From: Mycobacterium tuberculosis H37Rv
GTDB taxonomy: Bacteria > Actinomycetota > Actinomycetes > Mycobacteriales > Mycobacteriaceae
DNA: 32,000 nucleotides
Assembly: GCF_000195955.2 (NCBI RefSeq)
Contig: NC_000962.3
Coordinates: forward strand, 2,430,001 to 2,462,000
Direction: 5' to 3'
The notes under the pieces were generated by a model. It was not told the origin of the DNA. It saw nothing but the letters and a program-made list of their open reading frames with translations, and did not search any database. Positions 1 to 10,063 of the stretch are shown here, in pieces. The translations under genes were made by a program, and so were the position numbers. Each line of letters begins with the position of its first letter. Position 1 is the stretch's first letter.

Positions 1-31
1 GACCTCAGAAAACCGCATGTCGCCGGGCAAA

Positions 32-68
32 TGGGTGGCAAGTGGGGCCAAGTGGGGCACAACTGGGG
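32..68. promoter_or_regulatory. TGGG direct repeats, probable MraZ-box-like region upstream of the mraZ/dcw operon (mraZ off the left edge)
   Basis: TGGG at 32, 43, 53 and 64, period 10-11 bp (atgggtggcaagtggggccaagtggggcacaactgggg). MraZ binds TGGG-type repeats with ~10 bp period in several bacteria. Assignment relies on recalled gene order. Confidence 0.5.
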
Positions 69-158
69 CTCAAACCGGACTCAATATCGCCGACAGCCGG
101 TGACGACCCGGCTGGGTGAACCGCCCCGGTGAGTCCGGAGACTCTCTGATCTGAGACC

Positions 159-1145
159 TCAGCCGGCGGCTGGTCTCTGGCGTTGAGCGTAGTAGGCAGC
201 CTCGAGTTCGACCGGCGGGACGTCGCCGCAGTACTGGTAGAGGCGGCGATGGTTGAACCAGTCGACCCAGCGCGCGGTGGCCAACTCGACATCCTCGATG
301 GACCGCCAGGGCTTGCCGGGTTTGATCAGCTCGGTCTTGTATAGGCCGTTGATCGTCTCGGCTAGTGCATTGTCATAGGAGCTTCCGACCGCTCCGACCG
401 ACGGTTGGATGCCTGCCTCGGCGAGCCGCTCGCTGAACCGGATCGATGTGTACTGAGATCCCCTATCCGTATGGTGGATAACGTCTTTCAGGTCGAGTAC
501 GCCTTCTTGTTGGCGGGTCCAGATGGCTTGCTCGATCGCGTCGAGGACCATGGAGGTGGCCATCGTGGAAGCGACCCGCCAGCCCAGGATCCTGCGAGCG
601 TAGGCGTCGGTGACAAAGGCCACGTAGGCGAACCCTGCCCAGGTCGACACATAGGTGAGGTCTGCTACCCACAGCCGGTTAGGTGCTGGTGGTCCGAAGC
701 GGCGCTGGACGAGATCGGCGGGACGGGCTGTGGCCGGATCAGCGATCGTGGTCCTGCGGGCTTTGCCGCGGGTGGTCCCGGACAGGCCGAGTTTGGTCAT
801 CAGCCGTTCGACGGTGCATCTGGCCACCTCGATGCCCTCACGGTTCAGGGTTAGCCACACTTTGCGGGCACCGTAAACACCGTAGTTGGCGGCGTGGACG
901 CGGCTGATGTGCTCCTTGAGTTCGCCATCGCGCAGCTCGCGGCGGCTGGGCTCCCGGTTGATGTGGTCGTAGTAGGTCGATGGGGCGATCGGCACACCCA
1001 GCTCGGTCAGCTGTGTGCAGATCGACTCGACACCCCACCGCAAACCATCGGGGCCCTCGCGGTGGCCCTGATGATCGGCGATGAACCGGGTAATTAGCGT
1101 GCTGGCCGGTCGAGCTCGGCCGCGAAGAAAGCCGACGCGGTCTTT
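159..1145 (-). CDS. IS6110 transposase OrfB (IS3-family DDE integrase core), expressed by -1 frameshift from OrfA
   Basis: Track ORF 159..1043 (LWVADLTYVSTWAGF, HHTDRGSQYTS, SYDNALAETINGLYKTE) is open in frame up to the slippery sequence; 159..1145 gives 328 codons. Confidence 0.95.
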   Translation of the reverse strand, partial: KDRVGFLRGRARPASTLITRFIADHQGHREGPDGLRWGVESICTQLTELGVPIAPSTYYDHINREPSRRELRDGELKEHISRVHAANYGVYGARKVWLTLNREGIEVARCTVERLMTKLGLSGTTRGKARRTTIADPATARPADLVQRRFGPPAPNRLWVADLTYVSTWAGFAYVAFVTDAYARRILGWRVASTMATSMVLDAIEQAIWTRQQEGVLDLKDVIHHTDRGSQYTSIRFSERLAEAGIQPSVGAVGSSYDNALAETINGLYKTELIKPGKPWRSIEDVELATARWVDWFNHRRLYQYCGDVPPVELEAAYYAQRQRPAAG

Positions 1146-1420
1146 AAAATCGCGTTCGCCCTTCGCAATTCGGCGTTGTCCCGCCGCAAGCGCTTCAGCT
1201 CAGCGGATTCTTCGGTCGTGGTCCCGGGCCGTGCGCCGGCATCGACCTGCGCCTGGCGCACCCACTTACGCACCGTCTCCGCGCAGCCAACACCAAGTAG
1301 ACGGGCGACCTCACTGATCGCTGCCCACTCCGAATCGTGCTGACCGCGGATCTCTGCGACCATCCGCACCGCCCGCTCACGCAGCTCCGGCGGGTACCTC
1401 CTCGATGAACCACCTGACAT
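1094..1420 (-). CDS. IS6110 transposase OrfA (HTH)
   Basis: 108 aa, MSGGSSRRYPPELRERAVRMVAE...ETVRKWVRQAQVDAG, typical IS3 OrfA. Confidence 0.97.
   Translation of the reverse strand: MSGGSSRRYPPELRERAVRMVAEIRGQHDSEWAAISEVARLLGVGCAETVRKWVRQAQVDAGARPGTTTEESAELKRLRRDNAELRRANAILKTASAFFAAELDRPAR
1142..1148 (-). promoter_or_regulatory. Programmed -1 frameshift heptamer T_TTA_AAG of IS6110
   Basis: Minus strand reads GATTTTAAAGACC. The OrfA frame is ATT TTA AAG; slipping to TTT AAA G enters the OrfB frame. Confidence 0.85.
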
Positions 1421-1510
1421 GACCCCATCCTTTCCAAGAACTGGAGTCTCCGGACATGCCGGGGCGGTTCAGGGGCTTCCCGAGACTGCGATTCCCAAAC
1501 GATGACGCCC

Positions 1511-1545
1511 AAACAAAAAGCGGGACCGCCGATGGCTGCCCCGCT
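1511..1545 (-). terminator. Rho-independent terminator downstream of the Rv2169c-like gene
   Basis: Minus strand AGCGGGGCAGCC-ATC-GGCGGTCCCGCT followed by TTTTTGTTT: 12-bp stem with one mismatch and one GU, 3-nt loop, U-rich tail, ending 20 nt after the stop. Confidence 0.75.
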
Positions 1546-1564
1546 GCCGCTGGTTGCGTTCGGC

Positions 1565-1969
1565 TTACTCGTCGAAGCGGCGCCGGAACCGATCTTCCAT
1601 ACGGCTGGTGAATGAGCCCCCGGCCCCCTTGGTACGACGCTGGCGCGAAGCCCCAGCAGCCGATCCGCCACGATCCATCCTGCCGGACAACCGAGGACCG
1701 GTGATGGCATACACCACACCACCGAACATCACGACAAAACCGAAAACGCTGAGTATCGGGAAACTTCCGATCATGGTCTCTTTGAACGCCACGCCGGAAA
1801 CCAACATCCCCAGACCGATGATGAACAACGCCGCGCCCTGCAGGCGCCGCCGCGCGGTCGGTGCGCGGAAGCCCCCGCCACGGACACTCGATGCGAACTT
1901 GGGATCTTCGGCGTAGAGAGCGCTCTCGATCTGGTCAAGCATCCGCTGCTCATGATCGGAGAGTGGCAT
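1565..1969 (-). CDS. DUF3040-type membrane protein (Rv2169c-like)
   Basis: 134 aa, MPLSDHEQRMLDQIESALYAEDPKFAS plus two hydrophobic segments. Confidence 0.92.
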   Translation of the reverse strand: MPLSDHEQRMLDQIESALYAEDPKFASSVRGGGFRAPTARRRLQGAALFIIGLGMLVSGVAFKETMIGSFPILSVFGFVVMFGGVVYAITGPRLSGRMDRGGSAAGASRQRRTKGAGGSFTSRMEDRFRRRFDE

Positions 1970-2234
1970 GCGTCCCTCCTTGCCGACAGACTGTCACGTA
2001 ATACCGATAACACGCGGATGCCCATTGCGCGGGCAACTAACTCAGATGATACGAGGTCAATCTGCGCCGTACCACTGGTTCGCGGGCGATTCTATCCCGG
2101 CGGCGCCGCAGCGACGAGCTGAGCGGAAACGGCCATACGCTACAAGCCCCGTCCAGCGCGGGCGGCCTCATCGGCTTGTCCGATACTGGTGCGCAAGCAC
2201 GCATCGGTTCATCACATGAGGAGGACACCGCGCG

Positions 2235-2855
2235 TTGGCGATATTCCTCATCGATCTGCCGCCCAGCGATATGGAGCGCCGCCTCGGTGATGCCCTGACG
2301 GTGTATGTCGACGCGATGCGCTACCCCAGGGGCACCGAGACTTTGCGCGCCCCAATGTGGCTGGAGCACATCCGGCGGCGCGGCTGGCAGGCGGTCGCGG
2401 CCGTCGAGGTAACGGCAGCCGAACAGGCCGAGGCCGCCGACACCACGGCGCTGCCGTCGGCCGCCGAACTGAGCAACGCGCCAATGCTCGGAGTGGCGTA
2501 CGGCTATCCCGGGGCGCCCGGCCAGTGGTGGCAACAGCAGGTGGTACTGGGCTTGCAACGCAGCGGCTTTCCGCGCCTAGCGATCGCCCGACTGATGACC
2601 AGCTACTTCGAGTTGACTGAATTGCACATCCTTCCCCGCGCTCAAGGCCGTGGCCTCGGGGAGGCGTTGGCCCGCCGACTGCTAGCCGGTCGCGACGAGG
2701 ACAACGTCCTGCTCTCCACACCGGAGACCAACGGTGAGGACAATCGGGCGTGGCGGTTGTACCGCCGGTTGGGCTTCACCGACATCATCCGCGGCTACCA
2801 CTTCGCCGGTGACCCCCGAGCATTCGCCATCCTGGGTCGCACGCTACCGCTCTAA
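2235..2855 (+). CDS. GNAT-family N-acetyltransferase (Rv2170-like)
   Basis: 206 aa with GNAT-like core (TELHILPRAQGRGLGEALARRLL, WRLYRRLGFTDI). Confidence 0.88.
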   Translation: MAIFLIDLPPSDMERRLGDALTVYVDAMRYPRGTETLRAPMWLEHIRRRGWQAVAAVEVTAAEQAEAADTTALPSAAELSNAPMLGVAYGYPGAPGQWWQQQVVLGLQRSGFPRLAIARLMTSYFELTELHILPRAQGRGLGEALARRLLAGRDEDNVLLSTPETNGEDNRAWRLYRRLGFTDIIRGYHFAGDPRAFAILGRTLPL

Positions 2856-2950
2856 CCCGCGCCCGACAGCTTGCCGACGCGGCATGCCCGGTCTGGCACG
2901 ATGACCTGGTGCGCGCTAGCTATGCCCCACCGTCATCCCAAGGATCGCGA

Positions 2951-3634
2951 GTGGCAAGGACCCGACGGCGCGGCATGCTGGCCATCGCGATGTTGCTGAT
3001 GCTGGTGCCTCTGGCTACCGGATGCCTGCGGGTCCGAGCCTCGATCACCATCTCGCCGGATGACCTGGTGTCCGGGGAGATCATCGCCGCGGCCAAGCCG
3101 AAAAACAGCAAAGACACCGGCCCTGCGCTCGATGGCGATGTGCCGTTCAGCCAGAAGGTTGCGGTCTCGAACTACGACAGCGACGGCTACGTGGGGTCGC
3201 AAGCAGTGTTTTCCGATTTGACCTTTGCCGAGCTGCCCCAGTTGGCCAATATGAACTCCGACGCCGCCGGAGTGAACCTGTCACTGCGCCGAAACGGCAA
3301 CATCGTGATCCTGGAAGGCCGAGCGGATCTGACATCGGTATCCGATCCCGACGCCGACGTCGAGTTGACCGTCGCCTTCCCCGCAGCAGTGACTTCCACC
3401 AACGGCGACCGCATCGAGCCCGAGGTAGTGCAGTGGAAGCTCAAGCCGGGCGTGGTGAGCACGATGAGCGCACAGGCTCGTTATACCGATCCCAACACCC
3501 GGTCGTTCACCGGAGCCGGCATCTGGCTGGGCATCGCCGCGTTCGCGGCCGCCGGTGTGGTGGCCGTGCTGGCGTGGATCGACCGGGACCGCTCCCCACG
3601 GTTGACCGCTTCGGGCGACCCGCCAACCAGCTAG
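2951..3634 (+). CDS. lppM: Lipoprotein LppM (Rv2171)
   Basis: 227 aa from GTG 2951. Signal peptide with lipobox LATGC, C-terminal TM segment (WLGIAAFAAAGVVAVLAW). Confidence 0.88.
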   Translation: MARTRRRGMLAIAMLLMLVPLATGCLRVRASITISPDDLVSGEIIAAAKPKNSKDTGPALDGDVPFSQKVAVSNYDSDGYVGSQAVFSDLTFAELPQLANMNSDAAGVNLSLRRNGNIVILEGRADLTSVSDPDADVELTVAFPAAVTSTNGDRIEPEVVQWKLKPGVVSTMSAQARYTDPNTRSFTGAGIWLGIAAFAAAGVVAVLAWIDRDRSPRLTASGDPPTS

Positions 3635-4536
3635 TCCGGCTTGCCCGGCTCGGCAGGTGACCAGTAGGCAAGCATTTCCGCGAAGGTCTCGAAAGCCGCG
3701 GCCGAAACGCCATACGTCGCCTCGAGATGGATGCTTAGCGGAAAACCCAGATCGGCGACGCCGTCTAGCACACGCTTGTACAAGTCGACCATGAGCCGGC
3801 GCCGCCGTGCGGGTTCACTGCCGGCCAACTTCTGCACGAACGCCTGCTCGTCGGCCACCGCGGCGTTTCCCGGGTCCTGGATCAGCCAGTTGATCAGGCC
3901 GATGCGGGTCTCGACCTTCGGGACAAAGCCGAACGACAGCAGAATCTCGGGTCGGTGTTCGGTGGTCCTGGCGAACTCGCGCAGGAAGCCCACGATCGCG
4001 TCGGAATACAACAGCTGGGTCATGCCGTAGGTTGCGCCCCGACTGCACTTGAAATTGAGCCGGCCCTGCTCGCCGTCTCGGGTGGGGATCACGATCACAC
4101 CACGGTTGGCCACCAGCTGGCGATACAGCGACAGGGCATCCGTCGGCGCGACTCCGGAGCCCTCGCCGTCCTGCATCGTGCGCGGTACACCGACGAATAC
4201 GATGCCCTCCATGCCGGCATCGGACAGATCGACCAGCCGCCGGTGCAACGATGGCTCGTCCATGAACGCGGTTACCTGCGTACACAGGCCATGGACTCCC
4301 GCCAACTCCGGTTTGATGATCGACCAGAAATCGAGTACATCCAGCTTCGGCTGCATCGGGATGGGCCTATCGTCATCCTCGGCGATCATCCCCGGCATCA
4401 TTACGTGCCGTATCCGGCCGTCAAGCCCGGATGCAGCCGAGTACTGCACCACCTTGCGAGCATCTTCGATTGCCCGCTCCTTGCCACCCTCGAGGTTCGG
4501 TGGCACCAGCTCCAGCGCGATCGTGTTGAGGGTCAC
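3631..4536 (-). CDS. Rv2172c-like protein, MetF-like TIM-barrel (noncanonical methylenetetrahydrofolate reductase)
   Basis: 301 aa from GTG 4536 (track ORF extends to 4611). Function recalled from literature, not inferred from motifs here. Confidence 0.8.
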   Translation of the reverse strand: MTLNTIALELVPPNLEGGKERAIEDARKVVQYSAASGLDGRIRHVMMPGMIAEDDDRPIPMQPKLDVLDFWSIIKPELAGVHGLCTQVTAFMDEPSLHRRLVDLSDAGMEGIVFVGVPRTMQDGEGSGVAPTDALSLYRQLVANRGVIVIPTRDGEQGRLNFKCSRGATYGMTQLLYSDAIVGFLREFARTTEHRPEILLSFGFVPKVETRIGLINWLIQDPGNAAVADEQAFVQKLAGSEPARRRRLMVDLYKRVLDGVADLGFPLSIHLEATYGVSAAAFETFAEMLAYWSPAEPGKPD

Positions 4537-4792
4537 ACGGCTCCTCTTCGTCAAACGAGTACTTCCATGGCCGCCAATGGGGCCACCGGTGGGCCGCGCC
4601 GCGTCGCGCAAATCGCCATCCTGGGCCGGGCCGGACCAGCCAACCCAAGGGCGCTGAAGACAGCATAAACACGAAATAGTCAGTTAGTCGAAGCAACTTG
4701 TGTGGTTTCCGCGAGCCCACCCGCCGAATCATCGATAGCGGCCACTCGCGCCGGCGCGGAATACACTGTCGGGCCATAGGCACGCCAAATGA

Positions 4793-5905
<1,113 letters not shown>

Positions 5906-5908
5906 CCG

Positions 5909-7459
5909 ATGACTACTCCGAGCCATGCTCCAGCGGTTGATTTGGCTACAGCGAAAGATGCTGTTGTCCAACACCTTTCGCGACTTTTCGAGTTCACTAC
6001 CGGTCCGCAGGGCGGACCGGCGCGGCTGGGCTTCGCCGGCGCGGTGCTGATCACCGCAGGCGGGCTGGGAGCCGGCAGCGTCCGCCAACATGACCCGCTG
6101 CTGGAGTCGATTCACATGTCCTGGCTGCGCTTCGGCCACGGACTCGTGCTGTCGTCGATTCTGTTGTGGACAGGTGTGGGTGTGATGCTGCTTGCGTGGC
6201 TGGGTCTAGGCCGACGGGTCCTCGCCGGCGAAGCCACCGAGTTCACCATGCGGGCAACCACCGTTATCTGGCTGGCGCCGCTACTGCTGTCGGTGCCCGT
6301 CTTCAGCCGGGACACTTACTCGTATCTGGCCCAAGGGGCGCTTCTGCGCGACGGTCTGGATCCTTACGCTGTTGGCCCGGTCGGTAATCCCAATGCGCTG
6401 CTGGACGACGTAAGCCCGATCTGGACGATCACCACCGCGCCCTACGGTCCTGCGTTCATTCTGGTTGCGAAGTTCGTCACGGTAATCGTCGGCAACAATG
6501 TCGTCGCCGGAACCATGCTGTTGCGTTTGTGCATGCTGCCCGGGCTGGCGTTGCTGGTCTGGGCCACTCCACGCTTGGCCAGCCATCTCGGCACCCACGG
6601 CCCGACCGCGCTGTGGATCTGCGTGCTGAACCCACTGGTCCTCATCCATCTGATGGGCGGGGTGCACAACGAGATGCTGATGGTGGGTCTGATGACCGCC
6701 GGTATCGCGTTGACCGTCCAGGGCCGTAATGTCGCGGGGATCATCCTGATCACCGTTGCGATCGCGGTGAAGGCCACCGCCGGAATCGCGTTGCCCTTCT
6801 TGGTCTGGGTTTGGCTGCGTCATCTGCGTGAGCGACGGGGGTACCGGCCGGTCCAGGCGTTCCTGGCAGCCGCCGCGATATCGCTGCTGATCTTCGTCGC
6901 GGTGTTCGCGGTGCTGTCTGCGGTAGCCGGCGTTGGCCTAGGGTGGCTGACCGCGCTGGCCGGCTCGGTGAAAATCATCAACTGGCTGACGGTGCCCACC
7001 GGGGCGGCCAACGTGATCCACGCGCTGGGCAGAGGGCTCTTCACGGTCGACTTCTACACCTTGCTGCGGATCACCCGGCTGATCGGAATCGTGATCATCG
7101 CGGTGTCGCTGCCGCTGTTGTGGTGGCGGTTCCGGCGCGACGACCGGGCCGCGCTGACCGGGGTCGCATGGTCGATGCTGATCGTGGTGCTGTTCGTACC
7201 CGCCGCCCTGCCGTGGTACTACTCCTGGCCGCTGGCGGTCGCTGCCCCGTTGGCCCAGGCACGACGGGCGATCGCGGCCATCGCCGGGCTCTCGACTTGG
7301 GTGATGGTGATCTTCAAACCCGACGGATCGCACGGGATGTATTCGTGGCTGCACTTCTGGATCGCCACCGCCTGCGCACTGACTGCGTGGTATGTCCTGT
7401 ATCGGTCACCGGACCGGCGCGGAGTGCAGGCTGCAACCCCGGTGGTCAATACGCCATAG
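5909..7459 (+). CDS. mptA: Alpha-(1->6)-mannosyltransferase MptA (Rv2174), GT-C
   Basis: 516 aa polytopic membrane protein; starts 3 bp after idsA2; matches recalled Rv2174. Confidence 0.92.
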   Translation: MTTPSHAPAVDLATAKDAVVQHLSRLFEFTTGPQGGPARLGFAGAVLITAGGLGAGSVRQHDPLLESIHMSWLRFGHGLVLSSILLWTGVGVMLLAWLGLGRRVLAGEATEFTMRATTVIWLAPLLLSVPVFSRDTYSYLAQGALLRDGLDPYAVGPVGNPNALLDDVSPIWTITTAPYGPAFILVAKFVTVIVGNNVVAGTMLLRLCMLPGLALLVWATPRLASHLGTHGPTALWICVLNPLVLIHLMGGVHNEMLMVGLMTAGIALTVQGRNVAGIILITVAIAVKATAGIALPFLVWVWLRHLRERRGYRPVQAFLAAAAISLLIFVAVFAVLSAVAGVGLGWLTALAGSVKIINWLTVPTGAANVIHALGRGLFTVDFYTLLRITRLIGIVIIAVSLPLLWWRFRRDDRAALTGVAWSMLIVVLFVPAALPWYYSWPLAVAAPLAQARRAIAAIAGLSTWVMVIFKPDGSHGMYSWLHFWIATACALTAWYVLYRSPDRRGVQAATPVVNTP

Positions 7460-7886
7460 CCTGGGCCCGGCGCACCACCTCGCGAGCCTGGTGGGCATGC
7501 AATGCATCGACGGGACGGGCGTTGCTGACGGCGTCACGCGAGCCGTCGCGGGTGATGGTCAGCGACGGATCGGGGGTAAACAGCCAGCGCATAATCTCGG
7601 TGTCGCGATAGCCCCCGTCGTGCAGGATGGTCAACAGCCCCGGCAGGCTCTTGACCACCTGACCGGAGTTGGTGAAGAAGACCTGAGGGATCACCACGCC
7701 ACCAGCGCGCCGCACGGCCACCAGATGACCTTCCCGCAGCTGCTGGGCCACCTTGCTGACCGGAACGCCGAGCAGCTCGGCGACCCGGGGCAGGTCGTAC
7801 GTCGGTTCGTCAGGGTCCAAAACGTCATCGCCAGCGGGAATGCTGCCCACCCGCGCAAGTGTAGAGCCTGGTGCGCGGCCAGGCAT
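7446..7886 (-). CDS. Helix-turn-helix DNA-binding protein (Rv2175c), known PknL substrate
   Basis: 146 aa from ATG 7886; winged-HTH-like YDLPRVAELLGVPVSKVAQQLREGHLVAVRR; divergent from pknL. Confidence 0.88.
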   Translation of the reverse strand: MPGRAPGSTLARVGSIPAGDDVLDPDEPTYDLPRVAELLGVPVSKVAQQLREGHLVAVRRAGGVVIPQVFFTNSGQVVKSLPGLLTILHDGGYRDTEIMRWLFTPDPSLTITRDGSRDAVSNARPVDALHAHQAREVVRRAQAMAY

Positions 7887-7940
7887 GCGCGTTAGGCTTC
7901 CGTTCTGCATCCAATCGCGGCGGCCACCTACGATGACCCC

Positions 7941-9140
7941 GTGGTCGAAGCTGGCACGAGGGACCCGTTGGAGAGCGCGCTGCTGGACAGCCGCTATCTG
8001 GTCCAGGCCAAGATCGCCAGCGGCGGCACCTCGACGGTCTACCGGGGCCTGGATGTCCGACTCGACCGGCCCGTCGCGCTGAAAGTGATGGATTCTCGCT
8101 ACGCGGGCGATGAACAGTTTCTGACCCGCTTTCGACTGGAGGCCCGTGCGGTTGCCCGGCTAAATAACCGCGCGCTGGTCGCGGTCTACGACCAGGGCAA
8201 AGACGGCAGGCACCCGTTTCTGGTGATGGAGCTCATCGAGGGCGGTACCCTGCGCGAGCTGCTGATAGAACGTGGTCCCATGCCGCCACATGCCGTTGTG
8301 GCGGTGCTGCGCCCAGTGCTTGGCGGGCTGGCTGCCGCCCATCGAGCCGGTCTGGTGCATCGCGATGTCAAGCCCGAGAACATCTTGATCTCCGACGACG
8401 GCGACGTCAAACTCGCCGATTTCGGGTTGGTCCGCGCGGTCGCCGCCGCTTCAATCACGTCTACCGGCGTCATCCTGGGTACCGCGGCCTACCTGTCCCC
8501 TGAGCAGGTCCGTGATGGAAACGCCGATCCTCGAAGCGACGTCTACTCTGTCGGCGTTCTGGTCTACGAGCTGCTAACGGGGCACACACCGTTCACCGGC
8601 GACTCGGCCTTGTCGATTGCCTACCAACGGCTTGATGCTGACGTGCCGCGTGCCAGTGCTGTAATCGACGGTGTACCGCCACAATTCGATGAGTTGGTGG
8701 CATGTGCAACTGCCCGCAACCCTGCCGACCGATACGCCGATGCGATCGCGATGGGCGCCGATCTGGAGGCGATCGCCGAGGAGCTGGCCCTGCCTGAATT
8801 CCGGGTACCGGCGCCGCGCAACTCCGCTCAACACCGGTCGGCCGCGTTGTACCGCAGCCGGATTACCCAGCAAGGGCAGCTGGGTGCCAAACCGGTTCAC
8901 CACCCTACTCGCCAGCTGACTCGCCAACCCGGCGACTGCTCCGAGCCGGCTTCAGGGTCGGAGCCCGAACACGAGCCGATCACCGGCCAATTCGCCGGCA
9001 TCGCAATCGAGGAATTCATCTGGGCGCGACAGCACGCCCGTCGAATGGTGCTTGTCTGGGTGTCGGTGGTGCTGGCGATCACCGGGCTAGTGGCGTCCGC
9101 GGCATGGACGATCGGGAGCAACCTGAGCGGCCTGCTCTAA
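7941..9140 (+). CDS. pknL: Transmembrane serine/threonine protein kinase PknL (Rv2176)
   Basis: 399 aa; HRDVKPENIL, DFGLV, GTAAYLSPEQV; C-terminal TM MVLVWVSVVLAITGLVASAAW. Confidence 0.97.
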   Translation: MVEAGTRDPLESALLDSRYLVQAKIASGGTSTVYRGLDVRLDRPVALKVMDSRYAGDEQFLTRFRLEARAVARLNNRALVAVYDQGKDGRHPFLVMELIEGGTLRELLIERGPMPPHAVVAVLRPVLGGLAAAHRAGLVHRDVKPENILISDDGDVKLADFGLVRAVAAASITSTGVILGTAAYLSPEQVRDGNADPRSDVYSVGVLVYELLTGHTPFTGDSALSIAYQRLDADVPRASAVIDGVPPQFDELVACATARNPADRYADAIAMGADLEAIAEELALPEFRVPAPRNSAQHRSAALYRSRITQQGQLGAKPVHHPTRQLTRQPGDCSEPASGSEPEHEPITGQFAGIAIEEFIWARQHARRMVLVWVSVVLAITGLVASAAWTIGSNLSGLL

Positions 9141-9160
9141 GGCAGGCGAGCAGTCGCAAA

Positions 9161-9190
9161 AGCCCCCATTTCGGCACGAAAATGGGGGCT
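9161..9190 (+). terminator. Perfect 11-bp stem hairpin 21 bp after the pknL stop
   Basis: AGCCCCCATTT-CGGCACGA-AAATGGGGGCT. No U tract follows. Confidence 0.6.
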
Positions 9191-9281
9191 GGTACGTGAA
9201 TTAAGGTGACCACGGCAAGCGTGACCCGCCGGCGACTGCAGCGAAGCCGGGTCTGTTGGTGACAGTGTGTATGTCGGGGTT

Positions 9282-10063
9282 TCAGGCGGCAGGTTCGAGG
9301 GTGACCCCCAATCCTTGGGCTTCGAGTTTGGCGACGAGGCGACGTCGTTCTTTGTCGGGATCCATGCGGGTGGTGAAGTAGTCGGCGCCGAGATCCTGGT
9401 AAGGCCGGCCGGTGGCCAGCACGTGCCAAATGATGACGATCAGCTTGTGGGCGACGGCGATGATCGCCTTCTTGTTGGCAGCGGGACTGCGGAAGCCACC
9501 GAACTTGCGGACCTGGCGGCGGTAGTACTCGCGCAGGTAGCCATCGGTGCGCACGGCGGCCCACGCGCACTCGACCAGGACCGGCTGCAGGTGCTGGTTG
9601 CCTGTGCGGCGGGCACCGTGATGGCGTTTGCCGGCCGATTCGTGGTTGCCCGGGCACAGCCGCACCCACGAGGCCAGATGCTCAGCCGAGGGGAACCAGG
9701 CCGCCGGGTCGGCGCCGATTTCAGAGATGACCGTCGCCGAGGCACCCACCCCGATCCCCGGGATCGATGCAATCAGCTCGCGTCGGGCACAAAAGGGATG
9801 CATCAGCTGCTCGATCTGCTCGTCGAGAGCACCGATCATCGCATCGAGCTGATCCAGATGAGCCAGGTGCAACCTACACATCAGGGCATGGTGATCATCG
9901 AAGCGCCCTTCCAGCGCCCGCTGCAGATCGGGGATCTTCGAGCGCATAAGGTGCGCTTGATCGTCTTGCGCCCGTCAGGACCCTCGCCCGGCACCCACAC
10001 CGCCACCGCGATGATGTCCTGGCCCACATCAACAAAGGCGCACCGCTCGTACAGAATATGCAT
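9282..10063 (-). pseudogene. Internally deleted IS110-family (IS1558-like) transposase remnant; annotated part is Rv2177c
   Basis: C-terminal ORF 9282..9947 (LIASIPGIGVGASATVISEIGADPAAWFPSAEHLASWVRLCPG). N-terminal start in another frame from ATG 10063 (MHILYERCAFVDVGQDIIAVAVWVPGEGPDGRKTIKRT). The middle of the protein is missing. Confidence 0.85.

Larger units (their letters stand above)
117..1471 (-). mobile_element. IS6110 (IS3 family), complete, 1355 bp
   Basis: 28-bp terminal inverted repeats TGAACCGCCCCGGTGAGTCCGGAGACTC (117-144) and TGAACCGCCCCGGCATGTCCGGAGACTC (complement of 1444-1471), 3 mismatches. Both transposase ORFs present. GGG flanks both ends (114-116 and 1472-1474). Confidence 0.98.

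Noticed and set aside
405-854. ORF antisense to IS6110 orfB
   Set aside because: Shadow of the transposase coding frame; no independent support.
3631-3634. CTAG shared by convergent stops of lppM and Rv2172c
   Set aside because: Compact convergent stop overlap, common in this genome and of low significance.
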